A DNA stretch of 64,000 nt, from IMG/VR virus record IMGVR_UViG_3300045988_175656; one strand, written 5' to 3'. Of this stretch, positions 8,040 to 15,470 are shown piece by piece. The position numbers and the translations under genes were made by a program. This DNA comes from a virus. Positions within the stretch are counted from its first letter, which is position 1, and every line of letters begins with the position of its first letter. The notes below the pieces were generated by a model. That model ran no database searches, had not been told where the DNA came from, and saw only the letters and a list, made by a program, of their open reading frames with translations.

Positions 8040-8113
8040 TGGGATGAAGCTTAAATGGTATAAGCTACTGCCTGTTAAGCAGAAGATAGTAGGTTCGAGT
8101 CCTATCATCCCAG
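8040..8113 (+). tRNA. tRNA-Asn(GUU)
   Basis: Acceptor tgggatg/catccca, D gctt/aagc, anticodon loop ctgttaa, T-arm gtagg-ttcgagt-cctat. Confidence 0.9.
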
Positions 8114-8126
8114 CAAAATTAAATAT

Positions 8127-8240
8127 GGTGAGATTGAAATGTTGGTTAAATTTTTTCAGTATTGGAAAATTAGCAAATATTTAGAAATTCAGTTTAACAG
8201 TAAATTAAATATAACGTTGGTTCGATTCCAGCTCTCACCG
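8127..8240 (+). tRNA. tRNA-shaped gene carrying the conserved hairpin/TAGCAA module (paralog of 12452-12566)
   Basis: Acceptor ggtgaga/tctcacc and T-arm gttgg-ttcgatt-ccagc. The interior ttttttcagtattggaaaattagcaaatattt... (module 8152-8180) replaces a normal anticodon arm. Confidence 0.55.
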
Positions 8241-8282
8241 CAAAACGTTTTTTAACTTTGAAAAGTTGCATATGTTATTTAA

Positions 8283-8298
8283 ATGTTGTATATTTGCA
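8283..8298 (+). promoter_or_regulatory. Bacteroidota-type promoter
   Basis: atgttgtatatttgca; precedes the lipoprotein gene. Confidence 0.6.
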
Positions 8299-8338
8299 TT
8301 ATAAAAGTATTTATATAATATATAAATTTTAGAAAATA

Positions 8339-9325
8339 ATGAAAAAATTATCGCTTTTAGCCCTAATTTTATTAATTGCAACATCTTGTATTGATAAAGT
8401 TGACTATTCCAAAAAAATGAAGGAATTAGTCTTGAATTGTGAGACTTTTAAGGATTTTAAAGTTCCTGTGGTTGAAAATTGTATAACTGTTATGACATTA
8501 AATGGTGATACAGTAGCTATTACAAATAAACCAATGACAATTAAAGTACCGAAAAATACTCTAATGGCAACCACTCGTAGTAGTGAAAATGATAACTTAT
8601 TAATTTCATATGTTAATAAGGATGATATAAAATATGAAGAGCTTGAAAAACGTACTTATGGAGCATATTGGCAAGCTGTAATGTTTGAAGATTCAAAAAA
8701 TGGTGATTATGATTACAATGATTTAGTTATTCATATTTCAAGCATAATTGAAACTCCTTGGAATACTAATAAAGCATTGCAAACAATAAGATTGCAACCA
8801 ATTGCGTTAGGAAGTAGTAAGAATATTGGATTAGGTTGTGTTTTATCTGATTATAGTGAACATATAATCAGCAATAATGTAAGAGCCGATTTATTTGGCG
8901 GAAATCAAGGGTTTATAAATACTCTTGATGAAAAAGAGCCAATAAGGTTTAAACTTGAACCAACACAAATTCTGAAATATGAATTTCCTTATGATGAAAA
9001 TAAAACATATTGGGTTGCGTGGTTTATTGAAGTAGATGGGATAAGACAATATGCTGTAAGTGGAGATTTTGAATATGTAAATTATAATAATGTAATAAGC
9101 AAGGATTTATTACCATATGGTCTTGTAATTGCAAATGATAATGGTACATTCAAATATCCAAAAGAAACAATTAGTATATTTGATACATATAAATCTTTTA
9201 AAGATTGGGTTTATAATTCAAATGCCAACATAGGTAAATCTGAAAAAGAAAATGTATATAAATATTGTTTTGATAAAAGTATAAATGGTGAGAACAAAAT
9301 ATGGGATTACCAAGATTTAAAGTAA
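8339..9325 (+). CDS. LruC-domain lipoprotein
   Basis: Lipobox MKKLSLLALILLIATSC and the LruC-type motif GDYDYNDLVIHI. Confidence 0.7.
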   Translation: MKKLSLLALILLIATSCIDKVDYSKKMKELVLNCETFKDFKVPVVENCITVMTLNGDTVAITNKPMTIKVPKNTLMATTRSSENDNLLISYVNKDDIKYEELEKRTYGAYWQAVMFEDSKNGDYDYNDLVIHISSIIETPWNTNKALQTIRLQPIALGSSKNIGLGCVLSDYSEHIISNNVRADLFGGNQGFINTLDEKEPIRFKLEPTQILKYEFPYDENKTYWVAWFIEVDGIRQYAVSGDFEYVNYNNVISKDLLPYGLVIANDNGTFKYPKETISIFDTYKSFKDWVYNSNANIGKSEKENVYKYCFDKSINGENKIWDYQDLK

Positions 9326-9418
9326 AAAAGAAAAAAAAAATATGATTATAAAACGAAAACATATAAAACAGGTATAATCACTACATACACCTAACGGGCA
9401 TGGAGTGATTTAATAAAT

Positions 9419-9490
9419 GACTCCGAAGCATTTATGGTGATGCACTAGACTTTTAATCTAGGTAATTGGGTCCAAGTCCCAACGGGGTTA
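9419..9490 (+). tRNA. tRNA-Lys(UUU)
   Basis: Acceptor gactccg/cggggtt (with G-U pairs), D gcat/atgc, anticodon stem ctaga/tctag, loop cttttaa, T-arm ttggg-tccaagt-cccaa. Confidence 0.85.
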
Positions 9491-9510
9491 CTATGTAAGA
9501 GTTATAAGTA

Positions 9511-9999
9511 ATGTTAGAAAAATATATTTTTGAAAAAGGCTATACCATTAATGAAAATGGTATGGTATTTAACAATAGTGGAAAAAGAATTGGTCATTTA
9601 AGGCATAAAGCAAATGCACCTTATGAAATTATAAGATTTAGAATTAATGGTAAAATATGTACAGTATATACTCATAGATTACAAGCTTATAAAAAATTTG
9701 GTGAACAAATTTATAATAAAGGAATATTAGTAAGACATTTAGATGGTAATTCGTTAAATAATTCATGGGATAATATTAGTATTGGTACTAATTCTGATAA
9801 TCAAATGGATATTGAAAAAGATAAAAGAATTATTAGGTCATCTAATTCAAATAAAAAATATAGTGATAATATGGTATTTGAAATTTGTGAATATAAGAAA
9901 AAACATACTTATAAAGAAACGATGGAAAAATACAACATAAATAGTAAAGGAACATTACATTTTATTTTAAACAATAGATTATGTCTAAATAATGTCTGA
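9511..9999 (+). CDS. HNH homing endonuclease (HNH_3 type), free-standing between tRNAs
   Basis: Motif VRHLDGNSLNNSWDNISIGTNSDN; paralog of 14162-14650. Confidence 0.8.
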   Translation: MLEKYIFEKGYTINENGMVFNNSGKRIGHLRHKANAPYEIIRFRINGKICTVYTHRLQAYKKFGEQIYNKGILVRHLDGNSLNNSWDNISIGTNSDNQMDIEKDKRIIRSSNSNKKYSDNMVFEICEYKKKHTYKETMEKYNINSKGTLHFILNNRLCLNNV

Positions 10000-10006
10000 A
10001 AAATAT

Positions 10007-10078
10007 AGGTTGTTGGTGCAATGGTTAGCATAAGTGACTCCAAATCTCTTGATAAGGGTTCGAATCCTTTACAACCTG
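10007..10078 (+). tRNA. tRNA-Trp(CCA)
   Basis: Acceptor aggttgt/acaacct, anticodon loop ctccaaa, T-arm aaggg-ttcgaat-ccttt. Confidence 0.85.
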
Positions 10079-10087
10079 CAAAATTAT

Positions 10088-10179
10088 GGAAGCGTAAGCC
10101 TAATTGGTAAGGCAGTGGTCTTGAAAACCACCAGTAACCATGTAAAAGTGGTGTGTCAGTTCGAGTCTGACCGCTTCCG
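10088..10179 (+). tRNA. tRNA-Ser(UGA), type II
   Basis: Acceptor ggaagcg/cgcttcc, anticodon stem gtggt/accac, loop cttgaaa, long variable arm, T-arm gtcag-ttcgagt-ctgac. Confidence 0.9.
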
Positions 10180-10197
10180 CAATAAAATGTTTAACAT

Positions 10198-10270
10198 GGT
10201 GTTTGTAGTTCAACGGCTAGAATGTCAGATTGTGGTTCTGAAGATGTGGGTTCGATTCCCACCTAACACC
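10198..10270 (+). tRNA. tRNA-His(GUG) with encoded G-1
   Basis: Anticodon stem tcaga/tctga, loop ttgtggt, T-arm gtggg-ttcgatt-cccac. An extra 5' G sits opposite discriminator C. Confidence 0.9.
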
Positions 10271-10292
10271 CTTTAATTTTAAAATATTGTTT

Positions 10293-10478
10293 ATGAAACC
10301 TTATGGAGTTAAACGTAAAGACCAAGGCTGTTGTCCAGGTCATGATAAATTCCCATATGAATCATATGGAAGTCGAGTATCAATGAAATTGAAAAGGAGA
10401 ACTGACCAATTAGCACATAGAAGAACTAGAAGTTGGGAAAGACAAGAAATTTTTAAGGAATTAAATGATATTTTTTAA
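10293..10478 (+). CDS. hypothetical basic protein
   Basis: ORF 10287-10478 trimmed to its first ATG. Confidence 0.4.
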   Translation: MKPYGVKRKDQGCCPGHDKFPYESYGSRVSMKLKRRTDQLAHRRTRSWERQEIFKELNDIF

Positions 10479-10479
10479 T

Positions 10480-10641
10480 ATGGCGAGTATTAATAAGAAA
10501 AAGAAAGCAAGAAATTCATATTGTCATGGTTCTTTAAAAGAGAAAGACATGAAAATGAAACGAGTATTATTTTTTAATTCGTGTGTTAGAAAAAATTTAA
10601 AAAACGATTTAAGAACAATAGATACTGATGAAGGAAGTTAA
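10480..10641 (+). CDS. hypothetical small basic protein (53 aa)
   Basis: Hand-translated ORF MASINKKKKARNSYCHGSLKEK..., below the ORF-track cutoff; packed between neighbours. Confidence 0.3.
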   Translation: MASINKKKKARNSYCHGSLKEKDMKMKRVLFFNSCVRKNLKNDLRTIDTDEGS

Positions 10642-11065
10642 TTTTAATGTTGTTAAAAAGGTAAAAGAATATCCTTGGTATTATTTTAAAAAGAAAGATG
10701 TTTATCATATTTTTCAAATAAAAGATAATTTTGGTTTTACAAGTATTAATTCAACTAATTTAGGTGATTATTTAATTGAGATTGATAATTCTGAACCTTT
10801 TTATGTAAGAACATATCAAGATATAAAACCTGAATATTCATATAAAGTACTAACAAGAGATAGATGTTATATTGAAGATATTCAATTTTTAGAAAATAGT
10901 CTTGATGAATATCAACTTAGAATATCATGTATTATGTATATTATTACTGATTATAATGAATATGGGAGATGGCATATGAAGTGTTCTTATAGAAAAGAAG
11001 TACCATTTGTCAATGAAATGAAGAAATATATAAAAATAAAATTTCTTGAAAAAGATGATAATTGA
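10628..11065 (+). CDS. hypothetical protein
   Basis: ORF track only. Confidence 0.55.
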   Translation: MKEVNFNVVKKVKEYPWYYFKKKDVYHIFQIKDNFGFTSINSTNLGDYLIEIDNSEPFYVRTYQDIKPEYSYKVLTRDRCYIEDIQFLENSLDEYQLRISCIMYIITDYNEYGRWHMKCSYRKEVPFVNEMKKYIKIKFLEKDDN

Positions 11066-11105
11066 TAACAATTTTTAAGATTAAAAATTTGGCAGATATG
11101 AAAAT

Positions 11106-11124
11106 AAGTCGTATATTTGCAAAG
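11106..11124 (+). promoter_or_regulatory. Bacteroidota-type promoter in front of the split tRNA(CAU)
   Basis: aagtcgtatatttgcaaag consensus copy. Confidence 0.65.
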
Positions 11125-11183
11125 TAAAAAATATAAAAATTGCGAGGGAATGAAACGGATATATAAATCATGCAAGGCTCATA

Positions 11184-11930
11184 CCGAATAATGAAAGAGT
11201 TCATTATTTAAGATGATAAATAGTAATCAAAAAGAAAAACGAACTTTTATATTTATTTTTTAGTATGGTTCGAATAATTATATATAAAAATTGATTTTAT
11301 GAAAAAAGATGATTTGATTAAATATATAATTGATGAAGGTTTATCATATAGGGAAATTGGTAAAATTTATAATGTTAGTGATTCTTATATTAGAAAGATA
11401 GCACAAAAGTTAGGTATTATTCTGCCTAAAAGAAGAAAAATATCTAAAAATGAAACATTTAATAAAAATATTACTTTACTTGATAAAGTAAGTGATGATG
11501 ATTTTGTGGAGATAATATCAAAATCGAATAGTTGGATGGAAATAATCAATAATATAGGATATAAGAATATTGGTTCAAAAGTTAAAAAGAACATTTCAGA
11601 TAGGTGTGAAAAGTTAAATTTGAATCTAAATTTTAGTAAACTAACATTAATTGGATGCATAACAAAAGGTGAATTATTTAGTAATAGAAAAAATTGGCAG
11701 TCAGCTAGGAGTTCTATTCAAAAAATGGCTAGAAATATATTTTTCAAGCATAATAAAAAACCTAAATGTTGTATATGTGGTTATGACAAACATGTAGAAG
11801 TTGCACATATTAAACCAGTATCTGATTTTACTGATGAAACTTTAATTAAAGAAATAAATTCTATTGATAATTTGATTGGGTTATGTCCTAATCATCATTG
11901 GGAATATGATAATGGAATTTTAAAAATATA
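11184..11930 (+). mobile_element. intervening sequence inside tRNA(CAU) carrying an HNH endonuclease ORF
   Basis: Bounded by the two tRNA halves. It starts with a 9-bp hairpin aataatgaa-agag-ttcattatt, and the ORF stop codon abuts the 3' exon. Confidence 0.6.
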
Positions 11931-11931
11931 A
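11299..11931 (+). CDS. HNH endonuclease with N-terminal HTH-like region, encoded inside the tRNA intervening sequence
   Basis: C-terminal CCICGYDKHVEVAHIKPVSD...NLIGLCPNHHWEYD is an HNH motif with a zinc-ribbon-like Cys pair. Confidence 0.8.
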   Translation: MKKDDLIKYIIDEGLSYREIGKIYNVSDSYIRKIAQKLGIILPKRRKISKNETFNKNITLLDKVSDDDFVEIISKSNSWMEIINNIGYKNIGSKVKKNISDRCEKLNLNLNFSKLTLIGCITKGELFSNRKNWQSARSSIQKMARNIFFKHNKKPKCCICGYDKHVEVAHIKPVSDFTDETLIKEINSIDNLIGLCPNHHWEYDNGILKI

Positions 11932-11972
11932 CCTTGTTATAGTAAGTTCGACTCTTACACTCGCAACATAAT

Positions 11973-12046
11973 TGGGGGTTAGGTCAGTGGTTTAGACCGC
12001 CACTTTTACACAGTGGATGTCATTGGTTCGATTCCAATATCCCCAA
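11973..12046 (+). tRNA. tRNA-Val(UAC)
   Basis: Acceptor tgggggt/atcccca, D ggtc/gacc, anticodon stem ccact/agtgg, loop tttacac, T-arm attgg-ttcgatt-ccaat. Confidence 0.9.
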
Positions 12047-12163
12047 CACAGAAAGGTGGTTTGATATAACCTCTAAGACATATTAATTAAGTTTTAAGTT
12101 ATATCTTACACCTATGAAATTTAAAACATTTTTTAACAAAAAAGATTTTGTAGTTTGAAAATA

Positions 12164-12182
12164 ATTACTTATCTTTGCAAAG
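12164..12182 (+). promoter_or_regulatory. Bacteroidota-type promoter
   Basis: attacttatctttgcaaag contains TAtcTTTG; followed by an ORF-free stretch of ~180 nt and then tRNAs. Confidence 0.5.
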
Positions 12183-12366
12183 TGTTTTAAAAACAAATAG
12201 TTCTTTGACATGTTGGAAACCAAAAAATATAATTTTTAAAGACTAAAACAGGAGTTTATAAATTTGCGGAGTATAGATAAAACACATGGAAACATGGAGA
12301 TTTTTGAGACAATGCGCTGTATTTAGTCATAAATTAATACTATGTGTTAATGGTATTAATTTATAT

Positions 12367-12438
12367 TTCGATTTAGCTCAATGGCAGAGCACCTTGCTCA
12401 TATCGAGGTGGTTGATGGTTCGAATCCATCAGTCGAAA
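12367..12438 (+). tRNA. tRNA(CAU) (Met/fMet/Ile2 class)
   Basis: Acceptor ttcgatt/agtcgaa, D gctc/gagc, anticodon stem ccttg/cgagg, loop ctcatat, T-arm gatgg-ttcgaat-ccatc. Confidence 0.85.
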
Positions 12439-12451
12439 CAAATTATAAAAT

Positions 12452-12566
12452 AGAGGGGTTGAAATATTGGTCAAAATTTTTTCAGTATTGAAAAATTAGC
12501 AAATATTTAGAAATTCAGTTTAACAGTAAATTAAATATAATGTTGGTTCGATTCCAACCCCCTCTA
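12452..12566 (+). tRNA. tRNA-shaped gene carrying the conserved hairpin/TAGCAA module (paralog of 8127-8240)
   Basis: Acceptor agagggg/cccctct and T-arm gttgg-ttcgatt-ccaac. The interior is nearly identical to 8134-8232, including the module tttttcagtattgaaaaattagcaaatattt (12477-12506). Confidence 0.55.
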
Positions 12567-12573
12567 CAAATTA

Positions 12574-12637
12574 AGGAAACGTAGCAAATATTTTAACTAT
12601 CAAACTTTTAATTTGACGCAGTAAAAAAATGTTTCCT
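12574..12637 (+). repeat. AGGAAAC...GTTTCCT stem element, copy 2
   Basis: aggaaacgtagcaaatattttaactatc...aaaaaaatgtttcct. Sits 9 nt upstream of tRNA-Arg. Confidence 0.6.
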
Positions 12638-12646
12638 GTTTTTTAT

Positions 12647-12719
<73 letters not shown>

Positions 12720-12782
12720 CTCAAAAGTAGTTGTTTGTGAGTTACTCTACGTTTATGATAAATTAAAATGTGGCTTTCAATT

Positions 12783-12857
12783 CGGGGCGTTCCACAGATG
12801 GTTATATGGGCTTGATTTGGAGTCAAGTGTTCGCACGTTCGAATCGTGTCACCCCGA
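12783..12857 (+). tRNA. tRNA-Pro(UGG), one acceptor mismatch
   Basis: Acceptor cggggcg/caccccg, anticodon stem cttga/tcaag, loop tttggag, T-arm gcacg-ttcgaat-cgtgt. Confidence 0.8.
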
Positions 12858-12862
12858 CAAAT

Positions 12863-12935
12863 CTAGGTATGGTGGAGTTGGCAACACGCTACATTTGGGA
12901 TGTAGAGACCGCAAGTTCGAACCTTGCTATCTAGA
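12863..12935 (+). tRNA. tRNA-Pro(UGG)
   Basis: Acceptor ctaggta/tatctag, anticodon stem ctaca/tgtag, loop tttggga (G37), T-arm gcaag-ttcgaac-cttgc. Confidence 0.85.
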
Positions 12936-12972
12936 CAATTAACAAAAGTTTTAATTAAAAAAGGTAAAAATA

Positions 12973-13545
12973 ATGAAGAAATTTATGTTGTTAATTTGTT
13001 TATGTTTATCTTGTATTACTTTGAATGCACAAAAATGGTATTCATCTGTTTCGACAGGATGTGATACATATACAAATTTATACAAAGATTTAAAGTTTGG
13101 GAAAACTTTAGCACCAACCGCAGCGATTGCAGTTGGAAGAGACCACAATCCTTATCTTGGTACAAGATTGGAAGTTAGAGTAGGCAATGCATTATTTTCT
13201 GATGGCGAGAATATTCGAATGAATACACCATTTTTAATGTCATTTGCTGATATGACATGTAATCTTACAAATGTAGTTTGTGGATTAAATAATCGGATTT
13301 ATGATGTAATCATATTTGGTGGTGTTGGTGAGGTTTATAACTTCAAAAACAGTACTTATGATATGAAAAGTTTAAATTGTTTTGCTTTGAGGTATGGTAT
13401 TAGTTGTGATGTATATGTTTACAATAATGATAAACTTACATTATTTGTTGAACCTACTTTTAATGTTAACAATTATCTGATTGATAAAAAGTTTACTTCA
13501 GATTATATCCTTAATTTATCAATTGGTATATTAGTGAAATTATAA
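12973..13545 (+). CDS. outer-membrane beta-barrel protein (OmpA-N/porin-like), signal peptide
   Basis: Signal MKKFMLLICLCLSCITLNAQ with alternating hydrophobic beta-strand pattern. The terminal region IGILVKL is aromatic/hydrophobic. Confidence 0.55.
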   Translation: MKKFMLLICLCLSCITLNAQKWYSSVSTGCDTYTNLYKDLKFGKTLAPTAAIAVGRDHNPYLGTRLEVRVGNALFSDGENIRMNTPFLMSFADMTCNLTNVVCGLNNRIYDVIIFGGVGEVYNFKNSTYDMKSLNCFALRYGISCDVYVYNNDKLTLFVEPTFNVNNYLIDKKFTSDYILNLSIGILVKL

Positions 13546-13705
13546 TGAGAAATATGATTCAAGGCGTAAAAACCTATGGGAACGGCTTCTCGGTTTAAGT
13601 GGCATTGGGTTCGAATCCCCTTGGGAGTTAGGTCGGCACAAGCTCGGAAGGTATATCTATCTTAAACTGTTTCATATATAAAATTATTATAACAATACAA
13701 CTATC

Positions 13706-13914
13706 AGCGATAGAGGGGGACGGTGATTTAAGTTTTGATATGTAAAAATTAGCTACTTTTATATATTTCCTACTTTTAATTGTAGGCAAAACAAGCATTG
13801 TTTTTAGAAAACAGATGTGGCACGTGACATGTTAAATTGAGTTGTAACAATGTTAAATCTAAACTCGCCACTCGCTTAGGGTGGAGAAAACAGGTTCGAC
13901 TCCTGTTATCGCAA
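13706..13914 (+). tRNA. tRNA-shaped locus with very large interior (low confidence)
   Basis: T-arm acagg-ttcgact-cctgt. 6-bp acceptor gcgata/tatcgc with a mismatched terminal pair. About 130 extra nt, and a candidate anticodon-like hairpin ccact-cgcttag-ggtgg. Confidence 0.35.
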
Positions 13915-13921
13915 CAAATAT

Positions 13922-14063
13922 GGTGTAAATAACATTCATTTTTATGTAAATTCTATTTAAGTGTGCATAGAATAGAAACCTTATATAAATGATGAAAGGG
14001 TTTGATATGGAAGAGTAATTAACTTCAATTTAAGTATCGGTGGTTCGAATCCATCTTACATCA
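13922..14063 (+). tRNA. tRNA-shaped locus with ~65-nt extra interior
   Basis: Acceptor ggtgtaa/ttacatc and T-arm ggtgg-ttcgaat-ccatc. Internal hairpins ttctat...atagaa and aaacc...gggttt. No canonical anticodon loop. Confidence 0.4.
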
Positions 14064-14074
14064 CGAAATTAAAT

Positions 14075-14147
14075 GGGGTTCAAGCTAACTTAGTAGAAGC
14101 GTGGGTCTGAAAAACCCAAGGAGTTGGAGCGTAACCAACGTTCCCCA
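14075..14147 (+). tRNA. tRNA-Phe(GAA) with atypical T-loop and two acceptor mismatches
   Basis: Anticodon stem tgggt/accca, loop ctgaaaa, T-arm gttgg-agcgtaa-ccaac, acceptor ggggttc/gttcccc. Confidence 0.7.
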
Positions 14148-14161
14148 CAAAAATATTAAAT

Positions 14162-14650
14162 ATGAATATAAGAAATGTAGTTGGATATGATAATTATATT
14201 GTCTCAGATAATGGTGAAGTTTTTAATAAAAGGAATATAAATAAGCCATTAAAAACTAGAATAAATAAACATGGTTATAAATATTTAAATTTATCAAAAA
14301 ATGGTATAGTTAAAAGTAAATTGATACATAGAATAGTTGCTGAAGCTTTTTTAAACTATCAAGATGGTGATGTTGTAAATCATAAAGATGGAAATAAATT
14401 AAATAATAATATTGATAATTTAGAATTTTGTACTCAAAAGGATAATGTGAAACATGCTTTTGATAATGGTTTAATGCATCCTATTAATGGTGAAGAATGT
14501 CCTTGGTCTAAATTAACTGATGAAGAAGTGTTGAAAATTAGAAATGAGTACATTCCTTTTATATGTTCTTATAATATGTTAGCTAAAAAATATAATGTAT
14601 CTAAATCTGAAATTATACAAATAGTGAATAACAAAATAAGAAAACTTTAA
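14162..14650 (+). CDS. HNH homing endonuclease (HNH_3 type), free-standing between tRNAs
   Basis: Motif VNHKDGNKLNNNIDNLEFCTQKDN; paralog of 9511-9999. Confidence 0.8.
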   Translation: MNIRNVVGYDNYIVSDNGEVFNKRNINKPLKTRINKHGYKYLNLSKNGIVKSKLIHRIVAEAFLNYQDGDVVNHKDGNKLNNNIDNLEFCTQKDNVKHAFDNGLMHPINGEECPWSKLTDEEVLKIRNEYIPFICSYNMLAKKYNVSKSEIIQIVNNKIRKL

Positions 14651-14659
14651 TTTATAAAT

Positions 14660-14733
14660 GGCTGTGTGGCGCAGTTGGTTAGCGCAGGAATCTTATACAT
14701 TCAAGGTCAGGGGTTCAAGTCCCTTCACAGCTA
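14660..14733 (+). tRNA. tRNA-Ile(UAU)
   Basis: Acceptor ggctgtg/cacagct, D gcgc/gcgc-like, anticodon loop cttatac, T-arm agggg-ttcaagt-ccctt. Confidence 0.8.
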
Positions 14734-14822
14734 CAATAATAATGCATTTTTGAATTAATCATTATACTTTTTCACTTGATATACATCAAAAAATATGTTT
14801 TAAAACATATTTTTACCTTATT

Positions 14823-15014
14823 ATGGATATTTATAAGGGTAATAAGATAAAAATAAGTTTAATAAAAATGTTTAAAAAGATGATTAAGAAGTTAAAAAAA
14901 GCTATCGAATGGTATTGTGATAAATGTGCAACAACTAACATTTATGTACCAACAGGTATTATACCTTATAAAATCGTTGAAGATGAAAATAATAAAGTTG
15001 AAAATGAAAAATGA
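14823..15014 (+). CDS. hypothetical small protein (start uncertain)
   Basis: ORF track; CDKC pair; followed by a terminator. Confidence 0.4.
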   Translation: MDIYKGNKIKISLIKMFKKMIKKLKKAIEWYCDKCATTNIYVPTGIIPYKIVEDENNKVENEK

Positions 15015-15084
15015 TAGTTTTATGAAAAGGTTCAAGAATTTGACTATTGAATGTTTAGAAATAGTTGGAAGAAGTATATTATTA

Positions 15085-15123
15085 GGAAATTGGTATTATT
15101 AAGTTACTCAATTTCCTTTTTTT
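15085..15123 (+). terminator. rho-independent terminator
   Basis: Stem ggaaattg/caatttcc followed by tttttttt. Confidence 0.6.
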
Positions 15124-15132
15124 ATTATATAT

Positions 15133-15204
15133 GTTCGGTTCGAATAACGGTTAGTTCGCATCCCTTTCACGGATGAAATACGGGTTCGATTCCCGTACCG
15201 AATG
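15133..15204 (+). tRNA. tRNA-Glu(UUC)
   Basis: Acceptor gttcggt/accgaat, anticodon stem catcc/ggatg, loop ctttcac, T-arm acggg-ttcgatt-cccgt. Confidence 0.9.
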
Positions 15205-15238
15205 CTACAAGGGAACTGTAAGCAATATAATTAACTTT

Positions 15239-15310
15239 AGATTTGTAGTTTAGTGGTAAAATTTCAGGCTCATTACCTGAAGGTCAATGGTTCGAATCCA
15301 TTCAAACCCA
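15239..15310 (+). tRNA. tRNA(CAU)-like with two acceptor mismatches
   Basis: Anticodon stem tcagg/cctga, loop ctcatta, T-arm aatgg-ttcgaat-ccatt. The 3' half is identical to the tRNA at 15471. Acceptor agatttg/caaaccc pairs at only 5 of 7 positions. Confidence 0.6.
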
Positions 15311-15332
15311 AGTGAAGATGTTCTCTGTATAT

Positions 15333-15404
15333 GTACTGTGAACCAAGCGGTTAAGGTGGTGGTCTGCAAAACCTCATGGACAGGTTCGACTCCTGTACAG
15401 TACT
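15333..15404 (+). tRNA. tRNA-Cys(GCA)
   Basis: Perfect acceptor gtactgt/acagtac, anticodon loop ctgcaaa, T-arm acagg-ttcgact-cctgt. Confidence 0.85.
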
Positions 15405-15446
15405 CAAAAAAAAAAATAATGATTTTTATTTGGTAATTATGAATAA

Positions 15447-15465
15447 AAGTTGTATATTTGCAAAG
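15447..15465 (+). promoter_or_regulatory. Bacteroidota-type promoter
   Basis: aagttgtatatttgcaaag, 6 nt upstream of the tRNA at 15471. Confidence 0.65.
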
Positions 15466-15470
15466 TAAAT

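Larger units (their letters stand above)
11141..11966 (+). tRNA. tRNA(CAU) gene split after position 37 by a 747-nt intervening sequence
   Basis: 5' part 11141-11183: acceptor tgcgagg, D atga/tcat, anticodon stem caagg, loop ctcata. 3' part 11931-11966: a + ccttg + ttata + T-arm gtaag-ttcgact-cttac + actcgca + a. Joined, they form a canonical 79-nt cloverleaf. Confidence 0.65.

Noticed and set aside
8152-8180. The conserved module read on the minus strand (AAATATTTGCTAA) resembles the promoter core TATATTTGCAA, which suggests antisense promoters inside tRNA genes.
   Set aside because: The first position of the -7 box is A instead of the T required by TAnnTTTG. No upstream TTG block is conserved. 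The compensatory change in the adjacent hairpin points to an RNA-level function on the plus strand. It is kept only as an alternative to test by TSS mapping.
10034-10276. Track ORFs that lie over tRNA genes: 10034-10276, 12688-12942, 16221-16433, 17196-17402(-), 17718-17921, 17721-17906(-), 18679-18966 and 19201-19404(-).
   Set aside because: Each is fully explained by one or more well-folded tRNA or tRNA-like genes. Their translations are low-complexity read-through of RNA genes and have no start context.
11240-11275. A tatggttcgaataatt T-loop-like motif inside the intervening sequence.
   Set aside because: There are no flanking T-stem or acceptor complements. It is likely chance or a relic.
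11184-11930. Classifying the tRNA(CAU) intervening sequence as a group I or group II intron.
   Set aside because: It does not end in G, has no GUGYG start or domain V-like hairpin, and leaves only ~115 nt outside the ORF for a ribozyme core. This is not excluded without a covariance-model search, so it is reported as an unclassified intervening sequence.
13575-13640. A T-loop-like sequence gggttcgaatcccc, suggesting another tRNA.
   Set aside because: No complementary acceptor strands or 5-bp T-stem could be found on either strand. It is probably a tRNA fragment or part of a different RNA.
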